DNA from: a bacterium | GTDB lineage: Bacteria > Auribacterota > Auribacteria > Auribacterales > Auribacteraceae | Assembly (NCBI GenBank): GCA_024233545.1 | Contig: JACKPL010000009.1 | Coordinates: 6,578-70,577, forward strand | Reading direction: 5' to 3' | Length of the DNA stretch: 64,000 nucleotides | Shown: one piece after another, positions 42,101-51,368 of the stretch | Numbering within the stretch: position 1 is the first letter of the stretch | Layout: every line of letters starts with the position of its first letter | Translations under genes and position numbers: made by a program | Notes under the pieces: model-generated | The model's database searches: none | What the model was told of the DNA's origin: nothing | What the model saw: only the letters and a program-made list of their open reading frames with translations

Positions 42101-43511
42101 GTCATTCCTACGAAAGCGAGAATCTATTTTGTATTGTTAAATTCATATGCAATACCACTGTACGTGTCATTCCGGCGAAACACACCGAGAGGATAAATAC
42201 CTTGACCGCGGACGTTCAAACCACAACACAACACTATGTCATTCCTGCAAAAGCAGGAATCTATTTTGTATTGTTAAATTCATGTGCAATACCACTGTAC
42301 GTGTCATTCCGGCGAAACATACCATGAGGATAAATACCTCGACTGCGGACGTTCAAACCACAACACAGCACTATGTCATTCCTGCAAAAGCAGGAATCTA
42401 TTTTGTATTGTTAAATTCATGTGCAATACCACTGTACGTGTCATTCCGGCGAAACACACCGAGAGGATAAATACCTCGACTGCGGACGTTCAAACCACAA
42501 CACAACACTATGTCATTCCTGCGGAAGCAGGAATCTATTTTGTATTATTAAATTCATATATGCAATACCACTGCACGTGTCATTCCGGCGAAACATACCA
42601 TGAGGATAAATACCTCGACTGCGGACGTTCAAACCACAACACAGCACTATATCATTCCTGCGAAAGCGAGGAATCTATTTTGTATTATTAAATTCATGCG
42701 CAATACCACTGCACGTGTCATTCCGGCAGAAAACACACCGAGGATAAATACCTCGACTGCGGACGTTCAAACCACAACACAACACTATGTCATTCCTGCG
42801 GAAGCAGGAATCTATTTTGTATTGTTAAATTCATATGCAATACCACTGCACGTGTCATTCCGGCGAAACATACCATGAGGATAAATACCTCGACTGCGGA
42901 CGTTCAAACCACAACACAGCACTATGTCATTCCTGCGAAAGCAGGAATCTATTTTTTATTGTTAAATTCATGTGCAATATCACTGCACGTGTCATTCCGG
43001 CGAAATACCATGAGGATAAATACCTCGACTGCGGACGTTCAAACCACAACACAGCACTATGTCGTTCCTGCGAAAGCAGGAATCCTATTTTGTATTGTTA
43101 AATTCATGTGCAATATCACTGCCGTCTTCTATGTCATTCCGGCGAAACACACCAAGAGGATAAATACCTCGACTGCGGACGTTCAAACCACAACACAACA
43201 CTATGTCATTCCTGCAAAAGCAGGAATCTATTTTGTATTGTTAAATTCATGCGCAATACCACTGCACGTGTCATTCCGGCGAAACACACCGAGAGGATAA
43301 ATACCTCGACTGCGGACGTTCAAACCACAACACAACACTATGTCATTCCTGCGGAAGCAGGAATCTATTTTGTATTGTTAAATTCATATGCAATACCACT
43401 GCACGTGTCATTCCGGCGAAACATACCATGAGGATAAATACCTCGACTGCGGACGTTCAAACCACAACACAGCACTATGTCATTCCTGCGAAAGCAGGAA
43501 TCTATTTTGTA
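42101..43511. repeat. tandem array of about 10.3 units of 137 bp, each containing a REP-like hairpin
   Basis: Unit starts were read at 42101, 42238, 42375, 42512, 42651, 42789, 42926, 43061, 43205, 43342 and 43479. Every unit has gtcattcctgc-(g/a)(a/g)aa-gcaggaatctattttgtattgttaaattcat... Confidence 0.95.
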
Positions 43512-43532
43512 TCCACGGTGTTTCGAGTATGG

Positions 43533-43555
43533 ATTCCTGCTTTCGCAGGAATGAC
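43533..43555 (-). repeat. inverted solo REP-like hairpin capping the array
   Basis: The plus strand reads attcctgc-tttc-gcaggaat-gac, 21 nt after the last partial unit. Confidence 0.85.
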
Positions 43556-43739
43556 ATAGAGGGCGGTTACAGGGTTTCATCTTTACACATCAAATCCATA
43601 TAGTGTAACATATATTTTATCGAGATTATTTGTTGAAAAATTTAAGATACCGATTGCATCTGAGGTTCACGAATCATTAAGAGTCTTACCTTGTGAACTA
43701 TGCCCATTTTGATACTTTTTTAAATATGGAGGTGTCGTC

Positions 43740-44690
43740 ATGATAGTAGAATGCGAAAAATGTTCTTCTAAATTACTTTTCGGAAAATATGATAAAGCAA
43801 TCTCTTGGTGTCCTAATTGTGAAGGTTTGGAAGTAATCCCGAACACGCAAGCCGTACAAATGATTAGGAATGACATAATAAAACTAAATGAAGAAATTAA
43901 TAAATTAATTATAACGTATGACAAGGAAAGCCTCTTAATATCATTGTATGTGACCCGAGAAGGAATGTTGCATGATAATTCTTTAGACTTGGGACTTTTT
44001 ATGACTATTACCGAATTGATACAAACGGTAATAAAAATGACCAATAATGGCAGTCAGAAGTGTATTCCAATGTCGGATGAATTTCAGAATATCTTGCAAT
44101 ATGCTGAAGAATTTAGAGAATCAAAAATTATCATGCGATTATTAAATCAAGGTTGGGGAAAACTTATCAAAATTAAGAAAAATATGATGAGTGAATATTG
44201 TTATAAATTTGATGATGTTATTAAGTTACGAGGACAAAATGCTGTTGTTTTTGATAATAATGATTGGACTAATCAATGGAAGTTTACTTACGAATGGCAT
44301 CAAGTTTTGAATAACTTAGAAGAAAATGGATTATATGCAAGAACTACAAAAATTGATAATTCGATTGACTTTAAAAAGATTAACGAATTTTGGAACTCTA
44401 TTAGAGTTAAAATAGGTTTAGAATTGGCTGTTGGCGATAATAAAATTCTCGAAATAGATACGTTAAAAAAAATACAAGGAAAAGATATTATTAGTTATCT
44501 TAGGAAATTAGATGAATTGATTGAAAAATTTCCGTTTGAAATTACCTTTTCTGAAAAGATGGCTATAAAAATTTACTGCAAACAGCCAGTAGATGTAGTT
44601 ACTTTTCTCTTACCATTGGTAAAAACCAGTTATGTCTCGATAATTTCAAAAATTCTTTTTTTTCATCAATATTTGATTTTAGATGTTTAA
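43740..44690 (+). CDS. hypothetical protein with N-terminal Zn-ribbon (CxxC...CxxC)
   Basis: A strong GGAGGTG RBS precedes the start. The N-terminus reads MIVECEKCSSKLLFGKYDKAISWCPNCEG. The DNA is very AT-rich, and the ORF may be the intact front part of a longer decayed gene. Confidence 0.6.
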   Translation: MIVECEKCSSKLLFGKYDKAISWCPNCEGLEVIPNTQAVQMIRNDIIKLNEEINKLIITYDKESLLISLYVTREGMLHDNSLDLGLFMTITELIQTVIKMTNNGSQKCIPMSDEFQNILQYAEEFRESKIIMRLLNQGWGKLIKIKKNMMSEYCYKFDDVIKLRGQNAVVFDNNDWTNQWKFTYEWHQVLNNLEENGLYARTTKIDNSIDFKKINEFWNSIRVKIGLELAVGDNKILEIDTLKKIQGKDIISYLRKLDELIEKFPFEITFSEKMAIKIYCKQPVDVVTFLLPLVKTSYVSIISKILFFHQYLILDV

Positions 44691-44800
44691 AGGAGGAATT
44701 TTGTTAACTAACAAGGGATTGATTGTCGGAAAACGAACTTTAAGATAATTTCCTCAAACTTAAAAGCAAAATACTATCAAGATTATTTAAATATAAAACC

Positions 44801-45230
44801 ATGATGTGGGATATGAGTTTGAAGAATTGGTTTGCAATAGAACTTAAAAGTTGGGATCAACATTTCTGTACCCAATGATTCCACAAAAAAAATTAATAAA
44901 TATGATGATGATAAAAACATCCAACATTAGAAATTGATATTCTAGGTTATATAGGCGACACTTTATTTGTAATCGACTGTAAAAGCTATTGTTATCTCAA
45001 CAAATTTATAAAGTCATTCACGAGAAAGTACTGTAAGAAAAGATTTAAAAGATGAGCATAGGAAGCAAAGTAAAAGAATTAAGAGTATATACAAAATAAT
45101 ATGCAAAAATTTGGTTTTTTAACTCACAACAGTATCAAAATATTAAGAATATTATTGTCACATATAATAAAGAACCGATTAATCAAATCAATGATATTAA
45201 AATAGTGCGTACGAGGAGTTAAAATCATTA
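44801..45230 (+). pseudogene. wrecked PD-(D/E)xK (Mrr/NERD-like) nuclease gene
   Basis: Fragments across frames read GYEFEELV... and EIDILGYIGDTLFVIDCKS (a D...D/E-x-K pattern at 44930-44988). They are interrupted by many stops and frameshifts. Confidence 0.45.
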
Positions 45231-45852
45231 ATTTCTTTTGACTCATAAAAATAAATACAAGGAAAAATAAATGAATTAAACTATTAGGGGCAGAACATAT
45301 AGAAGAACTAAAGGACGAAATCAAAAATAAGTAGCCAAAATTTATCTGAAGTTTTAGACAAGCTTAAAAAAGCATTGATGATTTAATGCATCGACCAACA
45401 AATTTGCTAATACTCAGAAAAAACTTCAAATTTGGCTATGTATATTTACTTTTGCGCTTGTTATTGTTGGTGCTCTTCAAGTGTTCTTTCGTTAAATCTA
45501 AATTTAAAAGATTTATATTGCAATAAGCCTGACTACTCCGTGTTAACCTTATTTGTGGTGTAAAGCCCAAAGGAAATGCTTTTTTATCTGCCCCCGCCCG
45601 GAAATGGGCAGTAAAAAAGTTTTTCCGACCCCATGAGCCGAGAAGACAAACGAGTTTGTCGCCATTCTGAAAATTCTATCGGTATCCATGACTGTTTGCC
45701 GGCAAAAACGGATCGCATACCGGAAGAAACCTTTCCAGAAAAACATTGACTTTCACCCTCAACCTGCATAATCCTAATGAATATAACAGGATTCATCTGA
45801 ACAACGAATGGAGTCAACTCCATTTCCAAAACCACAGAACAGGAAACAAACC

Positions 45853-47454
45853 ATGGCTAAACATGAAATCATACCGGTTAAAGTACGACGCTGGAAAGAA
45901 TCGGACATTCCCGCAATTGTGGAATGCCAACGGGCTTGTTATCCGGATTTTGCGTTGGCAGACCTTTGCGACGAACGGAATTACCTGCTCCAGCTGAACA
46001 TGTTCCCCGAAGGACAGTTTCTCGCGGAAATTCAAGGGCGCGTAGTAGGTTACACTACAACCCTCATTGTCACACTGGAAGAAGACACCTATTATAGTTA
46101 CGCGGAAATTACCGGAACCGGAACGTTTTCCACACATAATCCGTTTGGCGATACGCTCTATGGAGCGGACATCGCCGTCCTGCCCGAATTGCGCGGAAAA
46201 GGGATAGCCGGAAAACTCTATGCCGCGCGCAAGAAACTGCTTCACCGTCTTAACCTGAGAAGAATGGTGGCTGGCGGACGCATTCCGGGTTACTCGCAGT
46301 ATGCAGGCAGGCTGACTGCCGAAGAATATGTCCGCAGTGTCATTCATTCGGAACTGACCGACCCGACTCTGACGCCTCAAATCCGGTCGGGATATCAGGT
46401 TAAGGGCGTCTATATGGATTACCTTTCCGATGAAAAAAGCCTGAATTACGCCACGTTTCTTGAATACATAAACCCGCATTTCGATGCGCTTCGCCATAAA
46501 ATATCCGCGTCTCCGATCAAAGGGACGGTCAGGAAAATACGGGTCTGTGCAGTTCAATACCAGATGCGTACTTTGAAATCTAAAGATGACTTTGCACGGC
46601 AAGTCGAGTTCTTCGTCAACAGCGCCGACCTGTACGGATGCCACTTTCTGGTGTTTCCCGAACTGTTTACCGCTCAAATGTTCAGTTTGATGGACCCTGA
46701 CATTTCGGGCACGGAAGCAATCAACGCATTATGCGGTTTTTCCTCCGAGTATATTGAAATATTTCGGTATCATGCTCAGAAAACCGGTATGTTCATTATT
46801 GGCGGTTCGCATCCCGTGCGCGATCCTGACAATAAGGTGCGCAACAGGGCGCATCTGTTTACGCCTCAAGGCGATGTTTTCACGCAAGACAAACTGCACG
46901 TCACTCCGGTTGAAGCAGAACATTGGGGAATAACGCCCGGCGATGGACTGCGCATCTTCGACACGGGATTGGCACGCATTGCCATACAGGTGTGCTACGA
47001 TATCGAGTTTCCCGAAGTGTCGCGGCTCCTGACTATGGCGGGGGTCGAGGTCATTTTCGTTCCATTCAGCACCGATGACCGCAAAGCGTACTGCAGGGTA
47101 AGGCATTGCGCTCAAGCACGGTCGGTGGAAAATTATATTTACACGGTGCTCTCCGGCAATATCGGCAACTTGCCGCAGGTCAGAAGTTTTCTGCTGAATT
47201 ACGGGCAAGCGGCAATCTTGACGCCGTGCGATTATCCGTTCCCTAAAGACGGCGTACTGGCTGAAGCATCTCCATCGGACGAGACAGTGGTTATATCCGA
47301 ACTGGATTTAGGGGATTTATCCAAACAGCGGGAAATAGGCAGTGTCCGCCCACTGCGCGACCGGCGGGTAGACATCTATGCGCTCAATTCAAGAATGCCC
47401 ATAGAAACCGTAAAAACCTATGAAAAATTTCCCCTGCAGTCTCGGCACAGATAA
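45853..47454 (+). CDS. bifunctional GNAT acetyltransferase / carbon-nitrogen hydrolase (nitrilase superfamily) fusion
   Basis: The N-terminal GNAT domain contains LPELRGKGIAGKLY. The C-terminal CN-hydrolase domain contains FLVFPELF (Glu) and ARIAIQVCYDIEFPE (Cys). The start is at MAKHEII (ATG 45853) behind an AGGAAA RBS. Confidence 0.85.
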   Translation: MAKHEIIPVKVRRWKESDIPAIVECQRACYPDFALADLCDERNYLLQLNMFPEGQFLAEIQGRVVGYTTTLIVTLEEDTYYSYAEITGTGTFSTHNPFGDTLYGADIAVLPELRGKGIAGKLYAARKKLLHRLNLRRMVAGGRIPGYSQYAGRLTAEEYVRSVIHSELTDPTLTPQIRSGYQVKGVYMDYLSDEKSLNYATFLEYINPHFDALRHKISASPIKGTVRKIRVCAVQYQMRTLKSKDDFARQVEFFVNSADLYGCHFLVFPELFTAQMFSLMDPDISGTEAINALCGFSSEYIEIFRYHAQKTGMFIIGGSHPVRDPDNKVRNRAHLFTPQGDVFTQDKLHVTPVEAEHWGITPGDGLRIFDTGLARIAIQVCYDIEFPEVSRLLTMAGVEVIFVPFSTDDRKAYCRVRHCAQARSVENYIYTVLSGNIGNLPQVRSFLLNYGQAAILTPCDYPFPKDGVLAEASPSDETVVISELDLGDLSKQREIGSVRPLRDRRVDIYALNSRMPIETVKTYEKFPLQSRHR

Positions 47455-47623
47455 CGGATATTAAATATGGGATGTGTCCCTTTATTTTTTTGTGATTTGC
47501 ATTTTGGGATAGGTGTCGATAAATTTTGGAACAGCATAGAAAACGATTGCGGTTTTCATCTTTACACGCTAACCCCTTATACGATATTATTTTCTGTATA
47601 GATAATGCAAAAAGGAAAAAACA

Positions 47624-49054
47624 GTGGCTTCCATCCATAAAACTCATGTGCCGCTTATTATTTTTACCGTCTGTATAATGATCTATGCATTCGGCGGTTT
47701 CTTGCCCGATGCTTATTCGCAAGTTGCCCTGCCGGAGAATGACACAACACGGAACACGGGATTAACCGTGCAACCGCTTGACAACGATTCATCTATCAGG
47801 CAAACGACGGTACTATCAGAAAAGGCACCGCCTCAAAAAGAGTCCGGCACAACCGAATCCGCGGAAAATCAGGAACAATTGCTCTCTGAACTTTCCGCCC
47901 GCCTCCTTAATAAACTTGATAAAGATGTCCTCACTATTGCATATAAAGGGCTGGAACAATCCCAGAAAAATATTGACAGGTCTATCAGTATTTTAAATTA
48001 CGCTACAGGCACACTGGCAGTGACTGCGACGCTTTTAGGGGTGATTGTTGCGCTTTTTGCAGTGTTTATTACAGTCGCCAGTTTATTTTCATACTTTAAA
48101 TATAAAGATACTAGGGAACTTGAAAAACAAATAGAACAGAATGCCAAACAAACAGAACAGAATGTCATAGAAGCTAATAATAAGCTAAAGGAAGCTGAAA
48201 AACTAGTAGGTGAAATAGCAAAGCTTAAAACGCGCGCGGAAGATACTGTAAATTCATTGACAAAACTACCAGTAGAAAAACTTTTACCGGAAGAATCGAA
48301 ACAGATGGCGAAAGAGCTTGAAGACGCTGTAGAACGTTCCGCAATTATGGGAATTGAACAAAGCCCGGCACAGAAGGCATTCATTGAAGCAACAAAGCTC
48401 TATTATCAAGGAAACTATCAGGACTCTCTAAAAGAATTCGAAAAGGTGATTAAGCTTAAACCTGATTTCCCTGATCCATGGCACAGCAAAGGAGTTGTGC
48501 TGGGTAAGCTCGGCAGATGTGAGGATGCGCTTAAAGAGTTCGATAAGGTACTGGAACTCAAACCTTACCTTTATGAGGCGTGGTATAACAAAGGAGTTAC
48601 GCTGGATAGGCTCGGCAGATATGCTGATGCGCTCAATGCGTTCGATAAAGCGATTAGGCTCAAAACTGATTTCTATGAAGCATGGTACAACAAAGGAAAT
48701 GCCTTGGATAAGCTTGGCAGTTATGCGAATGCGCTCAATGCGTTCGATAAAGCGATCGGGCTTAAACCGGATTCCCCTGAGGCGTGGCACAACAAAGGAT
48801 ATGTGTTGAATAAGCTCGGCAAGCCTGATGATGCACTCGAGGCATTCGATAAAGCGATCGAACTTAAACCGGACGATCATGAGGCGTGGTTCAACAAAGC
48901 CTGCTCTTTTGCTTTGAAGAATGATAAGAAGAACATGTTGTCGTGTTTGGCAAAAGCGATTGAGCTCGATCCGATATGTAAACAACATGCACAAGCTGGG
49001 TCTGCCTTCGAAACTTTCCGGGACGATCCCGACTTTAAAAAATTAGTTGAGTGA
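47624..49054 (+). CDS. membrane-anchored coiled-coil plus TPR-repeat protein
   Basis: A GTG start follows an AAGGAAAA RBS. The protein has a signal or anchor, a second TM, and a coiled coil. Six near-identical TPR units follow (AWYNKG..L..LGRY.DAL.AFDKAI.LKPD). Confidence 0.8.
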   Translation: MASIHKTHVPLIIFTVCIMIYAFGGFLPDAYSQVALPENDTTRNTGLTVQPLDNDSSIRQTTVLSEKAPPQKESGTTESAENQEQLLSELSARLLNKLDKDVLTIAYKGLEQSQKNIDRSISILNYATGTLAVTATLLGVIVALFAVFITVASLFSYFKYKDTRELEKQIEQNAKQTEQNVIEANNKLKEAEKLVGEIAKLKTRAEDTVNSLTKLPVEKLLPEESKQMAKELEDAVERSAIMGIEQSPAQKAFIEATKLYYQGNYQDSLKEFEKVIKLKPDFPDPWHSKGVVLGKLGRCEDALKEFDKVLELKPYLYEAWYNKGVTLDRLGRYADALNAFDKAIRLKTDFYEAWYNKGNALDKLGSYANALNAFDKAIGLKPDSPEAWHNKGYVLNKLGKPDDALEAFDKAIELKPDDHEAWFNKACSFALKNDKKNMLSCLAKAIELDPICKQHAQAGSAFETFRDDPDFKKLVE

Positions 49055-49292
49055 TTTGTCTTTAGTACCAATACAAGAAAACCTCTCTCCGCAGAAACCG
49101 GCGCAGAAAAACATCGTCAAAAATTTTCTTCCCTAGTATGGCACGTTTCGGTATAATGCGTTTCATTTCGGATAATTTCCGCTAATTTTACCGATGCGCT
49201 CCGAGTATGTGTGGGGGGACAAACACTACTGAGTTAGGCGGCGGAACAGTGTGTTCAGTAGTGGTTAAATCCCATAAAAAAGGGCGTTTTCT

Positions 49293-50978
49293 ATGTTCAA
49301 TCCCGAAAAAAATGCCGTTGCGGCAGTGTTGGTAATCCTTGTCGTTGCCGGATTTTTCTTTTTTTACAAGCTCGGCGAACGGAGCCTCTACAACCCGGAC
49401 GAAGGGCGTTACGCAGAAGTGGCGCGCGAAATGGTTCTGCGCAACGATTGGGTTGAGCCGCGCCTGTTCAACGTCGATTACCTCGCCAAACCGATTTTGT
49501 TTTATTGGCTGACTATGGTATCGTTCAAACTGTTCGGGTTTACCGAGTTCGCCGCGCGCCTTATGCCGGTGCTGTTCGGGTTGATGGGTATCCTCGCTAC
49601 GTTTTTCTTTGTGAAACGAACTGCCGGTTTGCGCCCTGCGTTTTTTACCGCGCTCATTCTCGCATCGAGTTTCTGGTACATGCAGGTATCGCGGTTTATG
49701 CTGATCGACATTGTCTTTGCGTTTTTCATCTTTTCCGCGTTGTATGCGTATTATATCGCCGTATCACACCGCGGGCACAAGGGATTCTTTTACCTCGTTT
49801 TTTACGTGTGCCTCGGATTCGCGTTTTTGGCAAAAGGTTTTGCGTGTTTTATCTTGACCGGTTTTCCGATCGGACTGTATTTGGTGCTTGGCGCAAAAGT
49901 GAAACATCCGTCGCTGAAACGGTACCATATAGCCGGCATCCTGATTTTTCTTGCGATAATCAGCACATGGCTGGTACGGATTACCATGAGAGAACCGGAG
50001 TTCCTTGAGTCGTTTGTCGTGCACGACCACATCAAACGGTTCACCTCCGATGATTTTGAGCATCAACAGCCGTGGTTCTTTTTTCTGCTTCTCATGCCGG
50101 TATTTTGCATACCGTGGACATTTTTCCTGATACCAATCAAGAATGCATTCAGTTTTCAGCCGAACAACCGGAGGGATTTGAATCTTTTTCTGCTGTGCAC
50201 CGGCTTAGGAATCCTCTTTTTCTTCTCGGTTTCGCAGACAAAACTTGCCACATACTGTATGCCGGCGTTTCCTTTTCTCTGTATTCTGCTGGGATGCGGG
50301 TGGGATACGTTGTGCGCACGGAATCAGCTTGACAAAAAGGCTTATCTCTCAACATTTTACGGAATAGCCTTGACTATGCTCTGCGGTATCGGCGCGGTGG
50401 CGGCGGTTCTGTTTTTCGAGCGGGCATACAGCGAGCATTACCCAATCAGCCGTCAGCTGGCGATCGGAGGGTGCATTATCAGTACCGGTTCCATCGTCTG
50501 TTTCCTGTTGCTGAAACGCCGGCATTTGCGCGGGGTGTTTTACGTGCTGATTTGCGCCATGTTATTGATTTCAATTCAAGTTCATGCCGCATTAACGGTA
50601 ATTGTAGATAAAAACTATTCTTCCGAACAACTTGTGCACGAATTTAAGAAAATGCTCAATGACAATGATATAATTTATATCTACGGTAATCCGAACAAGT
50701 TTTACGATCTGCCGTTTTATCTCGAACGGGAAGTTTCACTCATCGACCTGCTCGGAGAACTTAAACCAACGGACATCATCGATCAGTACGAACAAGATGA
50801 AACGATTTCATATATAACAAAAAAGGAATTCATCGAACACGCCAAAGCACAAGAACCGTTCTACTGCGTCACCCGCACAAAAGAATACCGCAAGTTCACC
50901 CCTGAATTCCAAGCGCTTTTTGCAGTGGTTTACGAAAAGAACGGCAAACTCATTCTCAAATGCGGCAGTCAAATATAA
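49293..50978 (+). CDS. ArnT/PMT-like (GT39/GT83) lipid-linked glycosyltransferase
   Basis: The first periplasmic loop is YNPDEGRYAEVAREMVLRNDWVEPRL...KPILFYWL, followed by about 11 TM helices. Confidence 0.85.
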   Translation: MFNPEKNAVAAVLVILVVAGFFFFYKLGERSLYNPDEGRYAEVAREMVLRNDWVEPRLFNVDYLAKPILFYWLTMVSFKLFGFTEFAARLMPVLFGLMGILATFFFVKRTAGLRPAFFTALILASSFWYMQVSRFMLIDIVFAFFIFSALYAYYIAVSHRGHKGFFYLVFYVCLGFAFLAKGFACFILTGFPIGLYLVLGAKVKHPSLKRYHIAGILIFLAIISTWLVRITMREPEFLESFVVHDHIKRFTSDDFEHQQPWFFFLLLMPVFCIPWTFFLIPIKNAFSFQPNNRRDLNLFLLCTGLGILFFFSVSQTKLATYCMPAFPFLCILLGCGWDTLCARNQLDKKAYLSTFYGIALTMLCGIGAVAAVLFFERAYSEHYPISRQLAIGGCIISTGSIVCFLLLKRRHLRGVFYVLICAMLLISIQVHAALTVIVDKNYSSEQLVHEFKKMLNDNDIIYIYGNPNKFYDLPFYLEREVSLIDLLGELKPTDIIDQYEQDETISYITKKEFIEHAKAQEPFYCVTRTKEYRKFTPEFQALFAVVYEKNGKLILKCGSQI

Positions 50979-51153
50979 GCGTAAAAATTTTTACTGGTAT
51001 AAAGAGAATGCTTGATTTTTAAAACATTTTCTGCGATTATCGTACCGTGTTTTCTCTATTTACGGTTTAAGATCATACTTTCGCTCTGCTGTACATTCAG
51101 TTCATATTCCATAAAAAATACGCAAAAATGCAACTCAAAAAGGAGGAAAAAAT

Positions 51154-51321
51154 ATGAAGGGCATTTTGAGTCTTGTAATTTTAATACTCGATATTTTGGC
51201 AATTATCGATTGTATCAAGAGCAGTTTGAGTACTGGCAAGAAAGTATTATGGATAATTCTTATTCTGATACTGCCGGTAGTCGGGTTGATTCTCTACTAT
51301 CTGGTTGGCAAAAAGTCGTAA
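51154..51321 (+). CDS. small membrane protein, PLDc_N-like (55 aa; below the ORF-track cutoff)
   Basis: A strong AAGGAGG RBS (51140-51146) lies 7 nt before the ATG. The product is MKGILSLVILILDILAIIDCIKSSLSTGKKVLWIILILILPVVGLILYYLVGKKS*. This is the classic two-helix pattern with the LP.(V/I)G.(I/L)LYYL(V/F)G motif. Confidence 0.7.
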   Translation: MKGILSLVILILDILAIIDCIKSSLSTGKKVLWIILILILPVVGLILYYLVGKKS

Positions 51322-51368
51322 TTTTTATATTGCGCTATACATTTTATTTATAATTAAGGAGACGTTCG

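Noticed and set aside
42101-43555. Possibility that the 137-bp array is a second, atypical CRISPR array
   Set aside because: There are no unique spacers. The whole 137 nt repeats at roughly 90% identity or more, with only two alternating haplotypes, and there is no leader-like asymmetry.
43563-43588. Shared motif gcggtt..tttcatctttacac upstream of the genes at 43740 and 47624 (second copy at 47549-47567), considered as a common promoter or operator
   Set aside because: The exact match is only 14 nt. About 15 such chance 14-mer repeats are expected in a 64-kb window when both strands are counted. The spacing to candidate -10 boxes is also inconsistent between the two sites.
42147-43603. Nine overlapping track ORFs (60-141 aa) with repeating peptides such as MQYHCTCHSGET..., MRINTSTADVQTTTQHYVIPAKAGI...
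   Set aside because: These are translations of the 137-bp tandem units. The period is not divisible by 3, the ORFs switch frame from unit to unit, and they extend only where a unit is 135 or 144 nt. No RBSs are present. They are repeat artefacts, not genes.
45746-45772. TTGACT-N15-CATAAT upstream of the GNAT-nitrilase gene, considered as a promoter
   Set aside because: A 15-nt spacer is shorter than functional sigma70 promoters usually tolerate, so it is left uncalled.
51012-51353. 113-aa track ORF
   Set aside because: It starts at TTG with no RBS and has an implausible composition. It is replaced by the 55-aa PLDc_N-like ORF in another frame (51154-51321), which has a perfect AAGGAGG RBS.
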